A stretch of 63,792 bases of DNA from Paramoeba atlantica (Eukaryota > Protista > Discosea). Location of the stretch: NCBI GenBank assembly GCA_977017575.1, contig CDRNVI010000086.1, forward strand, positions 1 through 63,792, in the 5' to 3' direction. The position numbers and the translations under genes are program-made. The notes beneath the pieces were generated by a model. That model saw only the letters and a program-made list of their open reading frames with translations. It did no database searches and had not been told where the DNA came from. Each line of letters opens with the position of its first letter. The first letter of the stretch is position 1. Shown piece by piece: positions 44,157-54,233 of the stretch.

Positions 44157-47100
44157 TGGCAATTAATAATAATTGGGCGGAGGCGTCCGGACCTTTTGGG
44201 GGTTTCTTGGCGGTCAAAGAAAAACTCCGATTGGCCACGTGTTGTCGGGGAAACCTGTTTCTACCTAAAAAGCGGAAATGGGGAGTAGCCAAACTCCGGC
44301 CGCGGGACCTGTTTCGAATGTCATGTCTTTTGTCTCCTGGAAAACGCTCTGCTGTTGCCTGGAGTATGTCATATGATTTACGTACGAGGTTGTGGGAGGG
44401 GACTGTTAAATCTATGCTTCCGGACGGTAGACGTCTAGTGAAGTATGATTTAGTGGATGATCGCCTTTTCCTGTTTCCTCCGAAAGATGAACGAGTTCAA
44501 ATTCTGGGTGGTAGGGTAGGTTTCTTGGGAAAATGGAAATCCAAACGAAATAGGAAACGCACCAACTGTCCTCGAAGTGGCTACCGTGGTCAGGGATCCG
44601 AGAAGAATGCTAAGAGAGGGGGTTTTACGATAAGTACCCTAAAAGTGGACACCTTGAAAGTCAAAGCGACTGATACTTTCACGCTTCGGAAGTCGATTAG
44701 ACTATATCAAGTGGCAGGTCTCATGAGGAGTCAACATGTTGACATCATGGCGCTTCAGGAAACAAGGTTAAAATTTGATGATAAGGATTCTATTTTACAT
44801 AGGCAGCTCTTTTTAAACGGCATCTCACTTCACCTCTACCTGATGAGTGCAATCAACGGGTACAATGGCATGGCATTTTTGAGCACTAAACCTCTATCTG
44901 TTCAGAAGATTAGCGATCGCATTATGAGTGGACACTTCATTCTAGGTGAAACGAAAGCCTGCATTTACAACGTCTATTCACCTACAGCGAAAGCTAACAA
45001 ATCGACGCAACAAAGTTTTGACGAAGACTTATTCGATGCATGGTATGACTATGATAGTATGGTAAGAATCATTAGTGGAGATCTAAATTCGCCGCTACTA
45101 AACCCAGGGGGGAGGAAATGTTATACAAAGCGTGCAAAACAGTTACGAAAGCTACTATGCTCGCTTGGAGCTCAATCTGTACATGAAGGCTGTTGTGCAA
45201 GAAGAAAATGGACGTATAGGTTTCCTAAAACTCGTCGGCATCCAGAGGGAATGACCAAGCAACTTGACCACATCGTTGATAACAAAAGGTTTTTCTCTTC
45301 TATACGATCCACAAAATGCCACATCGCACCCATACCTACCAGACATTGTGCTTTGACATCGAACTTCAATTTTCGATGGAAAAATCAAAAACTGTCTCAA
45401 CAAAAGCCTTTTTGGGAGGCATTGAAAAATGATGAAATCCGAAATAAGTTTGTTTCGAAAGTAAAGGAATCATTAAAATCTGTGCCAAAAAGAATTCGGT
45501 CGGAGGATGAGAAGTCCGAAAACGCGCCAAAAATGGAAATAGATAAGGCCAGCGAAATATCTTGGACAAGACTCTCTTCTGCTGTTAGAGTGTCCGCATC
45601 TAGTCTTCCCAATAAAACTAGTAACGCAAAAGAAATTCGCATTGATGCTGAAACAGATCTATCCGGATTTGTCATGAAGTCTCTGCTGAAGATCGTGGGC
45701 AATAAAACTATGTTTGCTACTGCATCAAAAGAATTCTCTGAAAAACTAGACTCCTCTATTATAAATGAGTGCGACGCCCTGGAAAAAGAGCTTAAATCAA
45801 CTCCAAAATCCGCGTACAGAACAATTCGAAAAATTGTAGGGGACAAGAAGCAAGATTTTCCGCTATTTTCAACTACGGTAAACAGCAGCCTTAATATAGT
45901 GAAGAATCATTTCAGCATGGTAGGGGGTAGTGCTTACAAAGGTCATGAAGCAATAAGTTTACCTACTGCACCAAAACGACTGGCAAAAATTGATGATGGT
46001 GAATTTCGAGTGGAGGAACTAACTGCTGCGATGGTAAAGATTAAGTCAGGAAAAGCTACAGGCGATGATAATATCCCGGTTGAAGCTCTACGTGCTATTT
46101 CAGCTGATCAAGACTTGCGTAATGCTCTCCTGGATATAATGAACGAAGTACGAAAAACCGGAAAAGCGGATGAATCTTGGAAATCGATATTGCAGGTCCC
46201 ATTGCCAAAGAAAGGTAACTTGCGCTCACTCACAAATTGGAGACCAATCTGTCTTGTGAATCATGTAGTGAAGATTTTGAATCGAATCATTTTAGACAGA
46301 ATACAACCAGCAGTGGAAAGTTCGCTTCGCGGGAATCAATTCGGATTTCGACCTAACCGCTCAACAGCTGGCGCTCAGGCAACGTTTTTAGAAATAATGG
46401 AAAAATCGCGCCGAGGGGCTGGGGTGTTCGTCTGTTTCGTCGACTTTCAACAAGCCTTTCCTTCATTATCATTCGCTGCGATAAAAGAGACATTACGTGC
46501 TTTAGATATTTCTGAAAATCTCAGTTCTACGATCATGTGTATTTATCAAAATCTCAAATCGCACGTGAAAACACCATACGGTAATACAGACTCATTTCCA
46601 CTTTTACAGGGGACTCTTCAAGGTGACGTTCTGGCCCCATACCTGTTTATTATGGTTCTTGATCGTATTTTGGTTGAATCTATCGACATAAATCGCTTAG
46701 GGCTTGTGACACATAGCTCAAGAACTAGGGGCAGAGGCCTAAAGGAACTGCGTATATCTGATATAAATTATGCTGATGATATAGTTCTCTTCTCCGAATC
46801 CAAGGAGGAGCTAAGCACAATGTTGCACAAACTTAAAACTTCCGCAGAAAAAGCTAATTTGAAAATAAATGTCGGACCAAACGAAACGGCATGGATGACA
46901 CTAGGTAAAGTTAAGGATGATGGAAGACCTCTGCAAGTAGCGACACTCGGCGATATACCAAAAGTTACATCTTATCGCTACTTGCGTAGCACTCAGAACG
47001 AGGAGGATCGCAGCTCAAACTCACAAGAACGTGTACGATTAGGTTGTGCAATAATGCGCAAACTCAAAGCCATATGGGGTTCTACTATATCACCAAAAAG

Positions 47101-47449
47101 AAAATTACACATCTTTAAGTCCCTCGTTCAATCAGTGGTCTACTATAATCCAGGGACTTGGAATTTAAATCAGAAAGAGCTACATGAAGTGGAAGTCCAA
47201 ATGAACAGAATGAGGAGGGTCGTATTGGGAGTCAAGTGCTCGAAAGAGGCGCATTGCAGAGTAGACTCTCTTTACCCCACTGACCTAAAGCCCAATACTG
47301 TGATACAATTGCAACGTGCCTCGCTAGTAGGCCACCTTATTCGTCACCCTACTCCATTCGTAACTGCCGTACTATGGAGAACGAATGATGAGAGTTCCAA
47401 GCCCTCGCTATCAGAAAGATGTGCAAAAGAGTTACATTCTGACGTATGA
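44156..47449 (+). CDS. APE endonuclease-reverse transcriptase polyprotein
   Basis: APE: LQETR, NVYSPT, GDLNS, LDHI, TRH; RT: PKKG..NWRPI, QFGFRPNRST, VDFQQAF, LQGDVLAPYLF, YADDIVL, LKIN, YRYL. Confidence 0.9.
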   Translation: MAINNNWAEASGPFGGFLAVKEKLRLATCCRGNLFLPKKRKWGVAKLRPRDLFRMSCLLSPGKRSAVAWSMSYDLRTRLWEGTVKSMLPDGRRLVKYDLVDDRLFLFPPKDERVQILGGRVGFLGKWKSKRNRKRTNCPRSGYRGQGSEKNAKRGGFTISTLKVDTLKVKATDTFTLRKSIRLYQVAGLMRSQHVDIMALQETRLKFDDKDSILHRQLFLNGISLHLYLMSAINGYNGMAFLSTKPLSVQKISDRIMSGHFILGETKACIYNVYSPTAKANKSTQQSFDEDLFDAWYDYDSMVRIISGDLNSPLLNPGGRKCYTKRAKQLRKLLCSLGAQSVHEGCCARRKWTYRFPKTRRHPEGMTKQLDHIVDNKRFFSSIRSTKCHIAPIPTRHCALTSNFNFRWKNQKLSQQKPFWEALKNDEIRNKFVSKVKESLKSVPKRIRSEDEKSENAPKMEIDKASEISWTRLSSAVRVSASSLPNKTSNAKEIRIDAETDLSGFVMKSLLKIVGNKTMFATASKEFSEKLDSSIINECDALEKELKSTPKSAYRTIRKIVGDKKQDFPLFSTTVNSSLNIVKNHFSMVGGSAYKGHEAISLPTAPKRLAKIDDGEFRVEELTAAMVKIKSGKATGDDNIPVEALRAISADQDLRNALLDIMNEVRKTGKADESWKSILQVPLPKKGNLRSLTNWRPICLVNHVVKILNRIILDRIQPAVESSLRGNQFGFRPNRSTAGAQATFLEIMEKSRRGAGVFVCFVDFQQAFPSLSFAAIKETLRALDISENLSSTIMCIYQNLKSHVKTPYGNTDSFPLLQGTLQGDVLAPYLFIMVLDRILVESIDINRLGLVTHSSRTRGRGLKELRISDINYADDIVLFSESKEELSTMLHKLKTSAEKANLKINVGPNETAWMTLGKVKDDGRPLQVATLGDIPKVTSYRYLRSTQNEEDRSSNSQERVRLGCAIMRKLKAIWGSTISPKRKLHIFKSLVQSVVYYNPGTWNLNQKELHEVEVQMNRMRRVVLGVKCSKEAHCRVDSLYPTDLKPNTVIQLQRASLVGHLIRHPTPFVTAVLWRTNDESSKPSLSERCAKELHSDV

Positions 47450-48101
47450 GATTCTAAAACTTGGTCAAAATCGGTCTCAATGGTGCAAGAAACTTGAAAT
47501 TCTTCAAAATCAGCTTGAACCCAGGCCCTCGTACACTAAAACAACTTCAAAACTATGGGAAAATCTTTTGGTAAAGGGGGTAAACAAGGGGTGCTACGAA
47601 ACCCTACAATACATTGAAGAAGGGCAGCAACCATTTCCAATCGGGCCAAATGAAACACACATTTATACAGATGGAGCACGAATCGTTAAAAAGGATGAAA
47701 CTCACACAGGCTGTGGGGTAGTCTGCCTACGCCGCCGCGAGCCCTCTATATCTCTTGGGTTAAAACCTCCTCATGAATTCTCTCAATCTATTCAAGAAAT
47801 AGAATCCTTTGCCGCGCACGAGGCTCTTCTCATCGCATTGTCCTACGATGGAGATGTCATTTTGCACACGGACTCTGAGTATGTTTGGGATTTCTTTCAT
47901 GGAGCTATCCATAGGTTCAGATTCATAGGATTTAAATCGTTTGAGGGAGGCGCTATACTTCAGAAATTGCAAGAAACATATATTTCGCTAAGAGGGACAA
48001 AGCACTTCTACTGCGTAAAAGTTAAAGCGCATAACGAAAATCCACATAATTATATGGCAGACTGGGTGGCTAGACAAGCAAGTAAAATAAGCAAGGGATA
48101 A
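47385..48101 (+). pseudogene. RNase H domain of LINE-a (frameshifted continuation)
   Basis: YTDG, EIESFAAHEAL, HTDSEYV, KVKAH, MADWVA: D/E/D/H/D catalytic pattern present. Confidence 0.85.
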
Positions 48102-49254
48102 AAGGCCTTGAGATTCTATGGCGAGATTCCTCATGCAGAAGACAAGCGCAAAAACCATACCAATGGTGATTCTAATGGCAGCAAAATGCAGCGCAAACTT
48201 AAATCGGTAACCTCTAGCCAAATATGCACCCATGGTGAGCACGTAAAAATATTGCCAAAAAGTAGGACAGTTAGCAAAGGCAAACATACAGAGATAGAAA
48301 CGGAAACGAAACGCACAAGATCACAAGAACGCGTACAGTCCAACAACACAAAAAGGCTAAAATACATTGAGTCAAAGCAACAGTTGCCTCATGTAGCACG
48401 TATTGTTATTAGTGATCGGGTTAAATTTAGAGCTCCGCAAAGAAAGAGGAGTAATCAGTTATACCAGGAGAATGATGAGCCAAGCTATTAAAGTCTGGAA
48501 ACAAAGGGGTCACGTCAAAAAACACCCAGTAAAAGAGAGAACTGCGTCAAAAAGACAGAAAAGCGTCAGGGGAAAGACGATAGATCGCGAACTAAGAACG
48601 TATTACGAACACCAAAGAAATGGTACCCCCCTCATACCCCCCTTGATCGCATTTTCTGAACAGGCGAGGGATAGTGTGATAAGGTGGTATGCTGTTGTTT
48701 CGCGTGAAAATGTTTTATTAGGTAAACCGTTTGTGCTGAAAATGAAAAGTCGATTTCATATCACAATTCTTTGACTAAGTACTGGAACGCCGTCCACCTC
48801 GAATGATTAGGATACATGGAAGTTGTTGCAAGATGTTTTTGAAAAGCTTCTGGTGAATATGTTAGTTTTGTGGACACCGCCAAAGTGATTTATGGGTAGG
48901 AGAAATTTGTGAAGCTTTCAACTGGGACATATTAATTTATTATCCCAGTGATGGTTGGTTGGTTGGTTGGTTACTTTCGCGGGAGGAGGAAGCGTAGGTT
49001 AATTCGCCGTGCCCGATTTCGTTCCCGATTTCGAAGACCGTAATACTTCGTACTCCGGAAGAGGCTCAAGTTTTTGTCGGAGATTGTCACAAAGCTTTTG
49101 CCAGTGTTCTCGATCCTGGGAGTAAACAAGAGCTTGTTCGAGCGTAATACCTAGATCGTTAAACTTGCCTCACTGGGGGAAATACTTTGTGTTCTCTCTT
49201 TAGTATTCCATTGAACAAGCTCGCGAAAAGCGGTCGAGTGCCTCAGCATGTGGC

Positions 49255-49394
49255 CAAAGTTTGAAGCACATGGTGCTCAGACGGCGAGTTCAAACCCACT
49301 CATCGAAATATTCCTGGCGGCCTCATCCAAAAGAGGCTCGGCTGAGAACCGACTAGGCCCAGTACTCGGAGGACCGTCCCGGACCCTCCCCTCA
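49255..49394 (+). mobile_element. SINE1 fragment within a 402-bp segment shared with 2968-3369
   Basis: 48993-49394 is near-identical to 2968-3369. Confidence 0.85.
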
Positions 49395-49395
49395 C

Positions 49396-49498
49396 GTTAC
49401 CATAGGCCTAAATTTCCGGCCATGGAAAAAGCAAATCGGCTCACCGATTTCTCAGGAAGACCTCTCCAGGGCGGAAGCACGCTTGATACCGGTAACAA
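49396..49498. repeat. Repeat V, copy 2
   Basis: Near-identical to 43801-43903. Confidence 0.8.
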
Positions 49499-49499
49499 T

Positions 49500-49721
49500 T
49501 CATGGTTTTTCACTCGTCCCTTGCGCACGCTTTGCACTGTACTCGCCGAGACGTGCGCCTCGCTTGAGCTCCCGGCTCACAGTAGCCTGGCTTACTCCAA
49601 GTTTTTCTGCTATTTCTTCTTGGGAGAAGCCTTGTTGATTATAGAGCACTGCGATAGTTTCCCGGGCCTCGGTGTCTAGGCGTTTCGTTTTACGTTGGGA
49701 AACTGACATTCTGGAGGTCAA
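49500..49721 (-). pseudogene. IS30-like transposase N-terminal HTH fragment (second, diverged family)
   Basis: KRLDTEARETIAVLYNQQGFSQEEIAEKLGVSQATVSRELKRGARLGEYSAKRAQ. Confidence 0.55.
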
Positions 49722-49737
49722 ATAAAATTCTGAAGGT

Positions 49738-50628
49738 CAATGTGCTATATGCATTATCAATGTGCTATATGCATTATCAATGTGCCGCTTAATATGCATT
49801 ATCAATGTGCCGCTTAGTATGCATTATCAATGTGCTATATGCAATATCAATGTGCTATATGCATTATCAATGTGCCGCTTAATATGCATTATCAATGTGC
49901 GGGCGCCGGGGGGTCCAGGGGGGGGGGTCCAGGGGGGGAGCTCATGGTCGAGCAAATTTTTTCGAAAAAATTAGTTTTTAAAAAAAAAACCGCAGAAAGG
50001 GTAGCCGGGGTCTTGGCTCGAATTTTCCACCACCTTACCCGGGGGTGACCCCCCCGCGTATCCGCAGGACGGGTCCGCCAAGTTCGGAATTTTTCGGAAA
50101 AAAGATTTTGAAAAAAAATTCAACTTGGCGAAAAAAATGACAAAAAAAATATTTTTCCAAAATCGTTTCCTCTATTGTATTTTGATAGTTTGGGGCCTAC
50201 ACTAGCTTTCTCGGCCGTTGTTTTCACAAGGTATCCTTTCTTCAAGCCGTGGTGCTCCCCTCAAAATGACCCATTTTTGACTAGAAAAGGTGAAAAAGTG
50301 TTTTTCGGACCTGAAGGGGCATTTTTGTGTCGAAAGAATGGTATGGAGTCGTATTCTCTACCCAATACGTTCGGTAGGCTTTTATTCCTGCCCACGAGTG
50401 ATCTCCCACGCGCAATGTCGGATTTAGTGCTCTGAGAGCAAAAATATGCGAAAATCACCCCATTTTTACCCAAAATTCGGCTATTTTTGGCTATAATCTT
50501 TCCGTTTTCCAGGCTAAATTTTTTTTTTTAGGCTCTTCGTTGAACGCGGCGGTAGTTTTCAACGCGAAGCCCGCAGTATGAGTGACTTCTAAGTTGAAAA
50601 CAACCACCGCGTTTAACGAAGAGCCTAA
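49738..50628 (+). mobile_element. Family X with 20-bp satellite
   Basis: Homologous to 33640-34446. Confidence 0.8.
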
Positions 50629-50639
50629 AATTTATCGAA

Positions 50640-50765
50640 GATTGAAGATGGGGTATTCCTAAGAGGAAATATCTCCCACACCCCGACATACCGTGCAATC
50701 TCCAGTGCCCTGGCTGCAACATTCTCCTTGACTCTTCTTCAGCTCTGCGGCACTTGATGCAACCA
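50640..50765 (+). pseudogene. CRE-3-like CCHC fragment
   Basis: LPHPDIPCNLQCPGCNILLDSSSALRHL versus CRE-3 LSHPNLPANVQCPGCQVIYDSATALRHI. Confidence 0.65.
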
Positions 50766-50791
50766 ATACTCGAGACGCTGGCAAAAAAAAA

Positions 50792-51360
50792 AAAGTGGAC
50801 GAGGGAGATACTAAAAACACCTCAGGCAAACCACTACAAAAATGCAACAGTATCTCCCGTTAAAGATTCTTTTGTCCCATCAGAATCCTTTACAAATCGG
50901 GAGATAACGTTTCATTTTTGTGGTGGTTTGCCTGAGGTGTTTTTAGCGGAGGTGGCGGAGTGGCAAGAATTCAAAGTTTGAAGCACATGGTGCTCAGAAG
51001 GCGAGTTCAAACCCGCTCATCGCAATATTCCCGGCGGCCTCACTCTAAGAGGCTGGGCTGATAACCGACTAGGCCCAGTACTCGGAGGACCGTCCCGGAC
51101 CCTCCCCTCGGGGAACCAGCTCCCTTACCCGGCTTACACCTCTTGGGTAAGCCGTGTTGACGTACAGTTCGTCGACGCAGCGTGTTGGTAACAGCACGTT
51201 GGTGCCGCCTTGGGCAAGCGGAAACTGGTAGAGGACGTCGGCCTCGGAACTTCCAAATCTGTCTGTGAAGGGTCTGGCTTGCCAGTGAACATCCGGAGCA
51301 ATCCGGAATGATTTGGATTTTTTGGATTTTGGATCTCCCTCGTCCACTTTAGCCTGGATT
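50792..51360. mobile_element. MITE-2 interrupted by SINE1 in its right TIR
   Basis: AAAGTGGACGAGGGAGATAC.. left; ..ATCTCCCTCGTCCACTTTAGCCTGGATT right. Confidence 0.8.
50947..51333 (+). mobile_element. SINE1, full length
   Basis: Complete head, body and TTTTGGA-type tail. Confidence 0.9.
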
Positions 51361-51733
51361 CGGATTATAATATTTAGGTAGCAAAAAAACATTTCGAATG
51401 CTATTTGTTTTTAAGTTCATTCTTAATTCTTGGGCAGAACGAACTGAGGTGAACTATCTATGGGTACTATTAGGTGACTATACTATTGAGGGAGATACGG
51501 AGTATCTAACTCGCTTACTAAGGTTAATTCCAAAACTTGAAAATGCCCCTCAAAGAAGCGAGAGATCGAGTTTTTTCAAAATTTTAAAATGTAGCAGTAG
51601 CTCATTAGATGAACTCTTTAATGCTCGAAAAATCATCTACAACGACCTCATTTCCCAAATTGTAGAACACTTTTGGTAAAAAAAAGTGCGTCTGCAAAGG
51701 TCTGCGATACGACAAACTGGTTGACTAAGGGGA

Positions 51734-51815
51734 GTCCTTTGAGTAGTCCAGTTGGTAAAGGGGTTCCATTTTGACGCTGGATGTCCGCGGTTCGATTCCC
51801 GACATCGACATTTTT
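51734..51815 (+). pseudogene. Degenerate tRNA-like sequence (tRNA pseudogene or third SINE head)
   Basis: A-box TAGTCCAGTTGG, B-box GGTTCGATTCCC, TCCA/TGGA stem, ends ATCGACA like the SINE2 head, then TTTTT; acceptor stem does not pair. Confidence 0.45.
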
Positions 51816-51900
51816 GAACAAAAAAAATTATATGCTCAAAATCGCGAAAAAAACAAATTCGGAACGATTTTTTTTTTCAGAATTTTTTTTCTTGAAAAAA

Positions 51901-52870
51901 GTGGCCAGCTGGCCACCAAAATCACGATTTGCATTTTGTATATATATAGAGAGAAAAATAATGTGCAGGTCCGAGTGGTACAGTGTGTAGCTACAGTGGC
52001 CCTTGAGAGAGTGAGAGCAGTGCCACGTGAGGCAGTGATTGCACAGTGATGCAGTGCAGCTGCAGTGGCACGTGCCAGAGTAAGTGCACTGCCGTGTGAG
52101 GCAGTGACTGCAGTGATGCAGTGTAACTGCAGTGGCACGTGAGAGAGTAAGTTCACTGCCATGTGAGGCAGTGACTGCAGTGATGCAGTGTAACTGCAGT
52201 GGCACGTGCGAGAGTAAGTGCACTGCCATGTGAGGCAGTGACTGCAGTGTAGCTACAGTGGCGCGTGAGAGAGTAAGATTACTGCCACGTGAGGCAGTGA
52301 TCGCAGTGCAGCTGCATTGGCACGTGCGAGAGTAAGAGTAGTGTCACGTGAGGCAGCGACTGCAGTGTAGATACAGTGGCACGTGAGAGAGTAAGTGTAC
52401 TGCCACGTGAGGCAGTGATTGCAGTGTAGATACAGTGGCAGAGTGAGAGGCAATGCCACGTGAGGCAGTGACTGCAGTGATTCAGTGCAGCTGCAGTAGC
52501 ACGTGAGAGAGTGAGAGTACTGCCACGTAAGGTAGTGACTGCATCGGCACTGTACCTACAGTGGCACGTGGGAGAGTCAGAGCACTGCCACGTGGGGCAG
52601 TGACTCACGTTGAGTGAGTCCACTGAGTTAGTCCCACGGGGGTGGGAGAGTGTTGTGGAAGAGTGGCCAGCTTGCGATGTTGTGGAAGTGACCATGTTTT
52701 GGAAGTGGCCATGTTGTGGAAGTGACCATGTTTTAGAAGTGGCCAATTTGTGGAAGGGTTGCCAGCTTGTCATGTTGTGGAAGGGTGGCCAGCTGGCCAT
52801 GTTGTGGAAGGGTGGCCAGCTGGCCACCAAAAACACGGTTTGCATTTTGTATATATGTAGAGAAAAAAAA
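51901..52870 (+). repeat. Family Y arrays bracketed by ~65-bp direct repeats
   Basis: ~52-bp CAGTG units 51975-52610; ~18-bp CCATGTTGTGGAAG units 52650-52820; GTGGCCAGCTGGCCACCAAAA..TTTGCATTTTGTATATAT at 51901 and 52812. Confidence 0.8.
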
Positions 52871-53333
52871 CGAGCAGGGTCATACTATTCTCAGAGAGAG
52901 CTATTCTCAGAGAGAGGGTGGGACAGGAGAGACACAGAGCGAGGATGTGTAGAAAAAGAAGGGCGTGGAAAGGTGGGCGGTAGAAATAAAGGAAAGAGAA
53001 AGAGAATCACTCCGGCCAGGGGCACTGCTAGGATACTTTGAAAGCTTTGGTTGATGATTTAGGCTAGTAGTGTTGGGGCTTAGCGCACCACGCCGCCCGA
53101 GCTAAGACACTTCACTATAGTGGTAAAAGTAGGAAATTGAATCATTACTGTATTAGTAATGAAAAAGCCACTTTTGGAGGAAGACTGCCATGAAAGGAAT
53201 TTGAAATTTTGTATGGTTTGACAATGTATGAAAAGTGAAGTTGGCGTTTACGAGGTTGAAGTGTGTTCAGGTACAGTAATAGAGCGGCATTTCGTGCTAG
53301 AGTAATTTCAAACCCTTTTTTTATTCCTCTAGT

Positions 53334-54233
53334 ATGCCGAAAAAGAGACATACCCACCTGTCGTCTCACGAGAGTCAAAAAGTACGTTGCAATATTTGCG
53401 GATGCTTTAGTTTGCAAAGAAATATGAAGCGGCACATGCGGGAGAAGCATTGCAAAGATGGTGAGGAAATGTATGATGTTCAGAAAGTAGAAGGAAGCGT
53501 TAACGTTGCACTTTACATGTGCGATGTTTGCAATATTGAAGTAGTGAGAAAGAACGTTCAACGGCATGAGAAAGGGGAATCTCATCAAATTAGAGCCTTC
53601 TTAGCAACGTATAACAAATCCCATAGAAAGGTGCTTTTCTTACCTAGCAGGCGAGTGTTCAGATGCTCCTGCTGCAAATATAGAGGTGCTGCTTCACTGG
53701 AAAACGTGAAACTGCATGTTTCCACCCCTGAACATAACGTAAAAATTGCCTCTTTGTCTCATACACGCCAGGGTGAGTCAATTTACCAGAACATGCGTCC
53801 TTCCCAGGAATTTGCATTGACGGAAGAAAGTAATGCCATACAACAGAAGTGGAAACTAGCATCAATTGAAAAGGCAGAAGAATGCCCTCGATCTGCATCA
53901 CTAAAATTTTTACAGGGATCACCAATGTTTCCAAAGGATTGGAAGAAGGAATTGAAGCCTTGCACGTCTGAAGAAAAAGCTGAATGTTTTCATAATTTCC
54001 AAAGGAATACAGAGCTTAAAGCTACGTCGTGTGGCGTGTGTGGGGTTATTGAACCTTCCCATGAGATTTTGGAAGGAATCCCTGTAAAAGACTGTGACAT
54101 GCTTCGTGCTAGCATGGATGCAAACTTAAAAGGAAAACACACGTCTTCGATAGGTGGAAATCTGTATTGCATAGATTCGGAGGCGGTGTTTGGTACTGAG
54201 GTACTCGTGTTCTCGTTGCAGGAAAAGCGTTAG
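53334..54233 (+). pseudogene. Helitron N-terminal C2H2-like zinc fingers
   Basis: CNIC..RHMREKH, CDVC..RHEKGESH, CSCC..LHVSTPEH. Confidence 0.75.

Larger units (their letters stand above)
44030..48972 (+). mobile_element. LINE-a, near full-length RTE/RTEX-like non-LTR retrotransposon with RNase H
   Basis: Single ORF: N-terminal module, APE, RT, RNase H, basic tail; 3' hairpin and (TTGG)5; one frameshift (~47440) and one in-frame TAA (48099). Confidence 0.9.

Noticed and set aside
48099-48101. Alternative genetic code (TAA/TAG read as Glu/Gln), suggested by in-frame stops opposite Glu here and near 32710
   Set aside because: Other in-frame stops align with Ser (59039) and Tyr/Trp (40005), and long ORFs otherwise avoid TAA/TAG; ordinary nonsense mutations explain them
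48403-48774. Separate host gene downstream of LINE-a
   Set aside because: Lies inside the LINE, upstream of the 3' hairpin and tail, and travels with it in all three copies; no recognisable domain
48951-48972. Telomere-like (TTGG)n and (AGGAT)n tracts
   Set aside because: Short, and always directly after LINE 3' hairpins; they are element tails
49500-49721. Bacterial contamination as the source of the IS30-like peptide
   Set aside because: Directly joined to repeats shared throughout this eukaryotic window, and a second diverged family is similarly embedded
51975-52830. CRISPR-like array
   Set aside because: Units are tandem and degenerate with no unique spacers; no cas genes; eukaryotic context. 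The same applies to 10340-10586, 44031-44156 and 60266-60617
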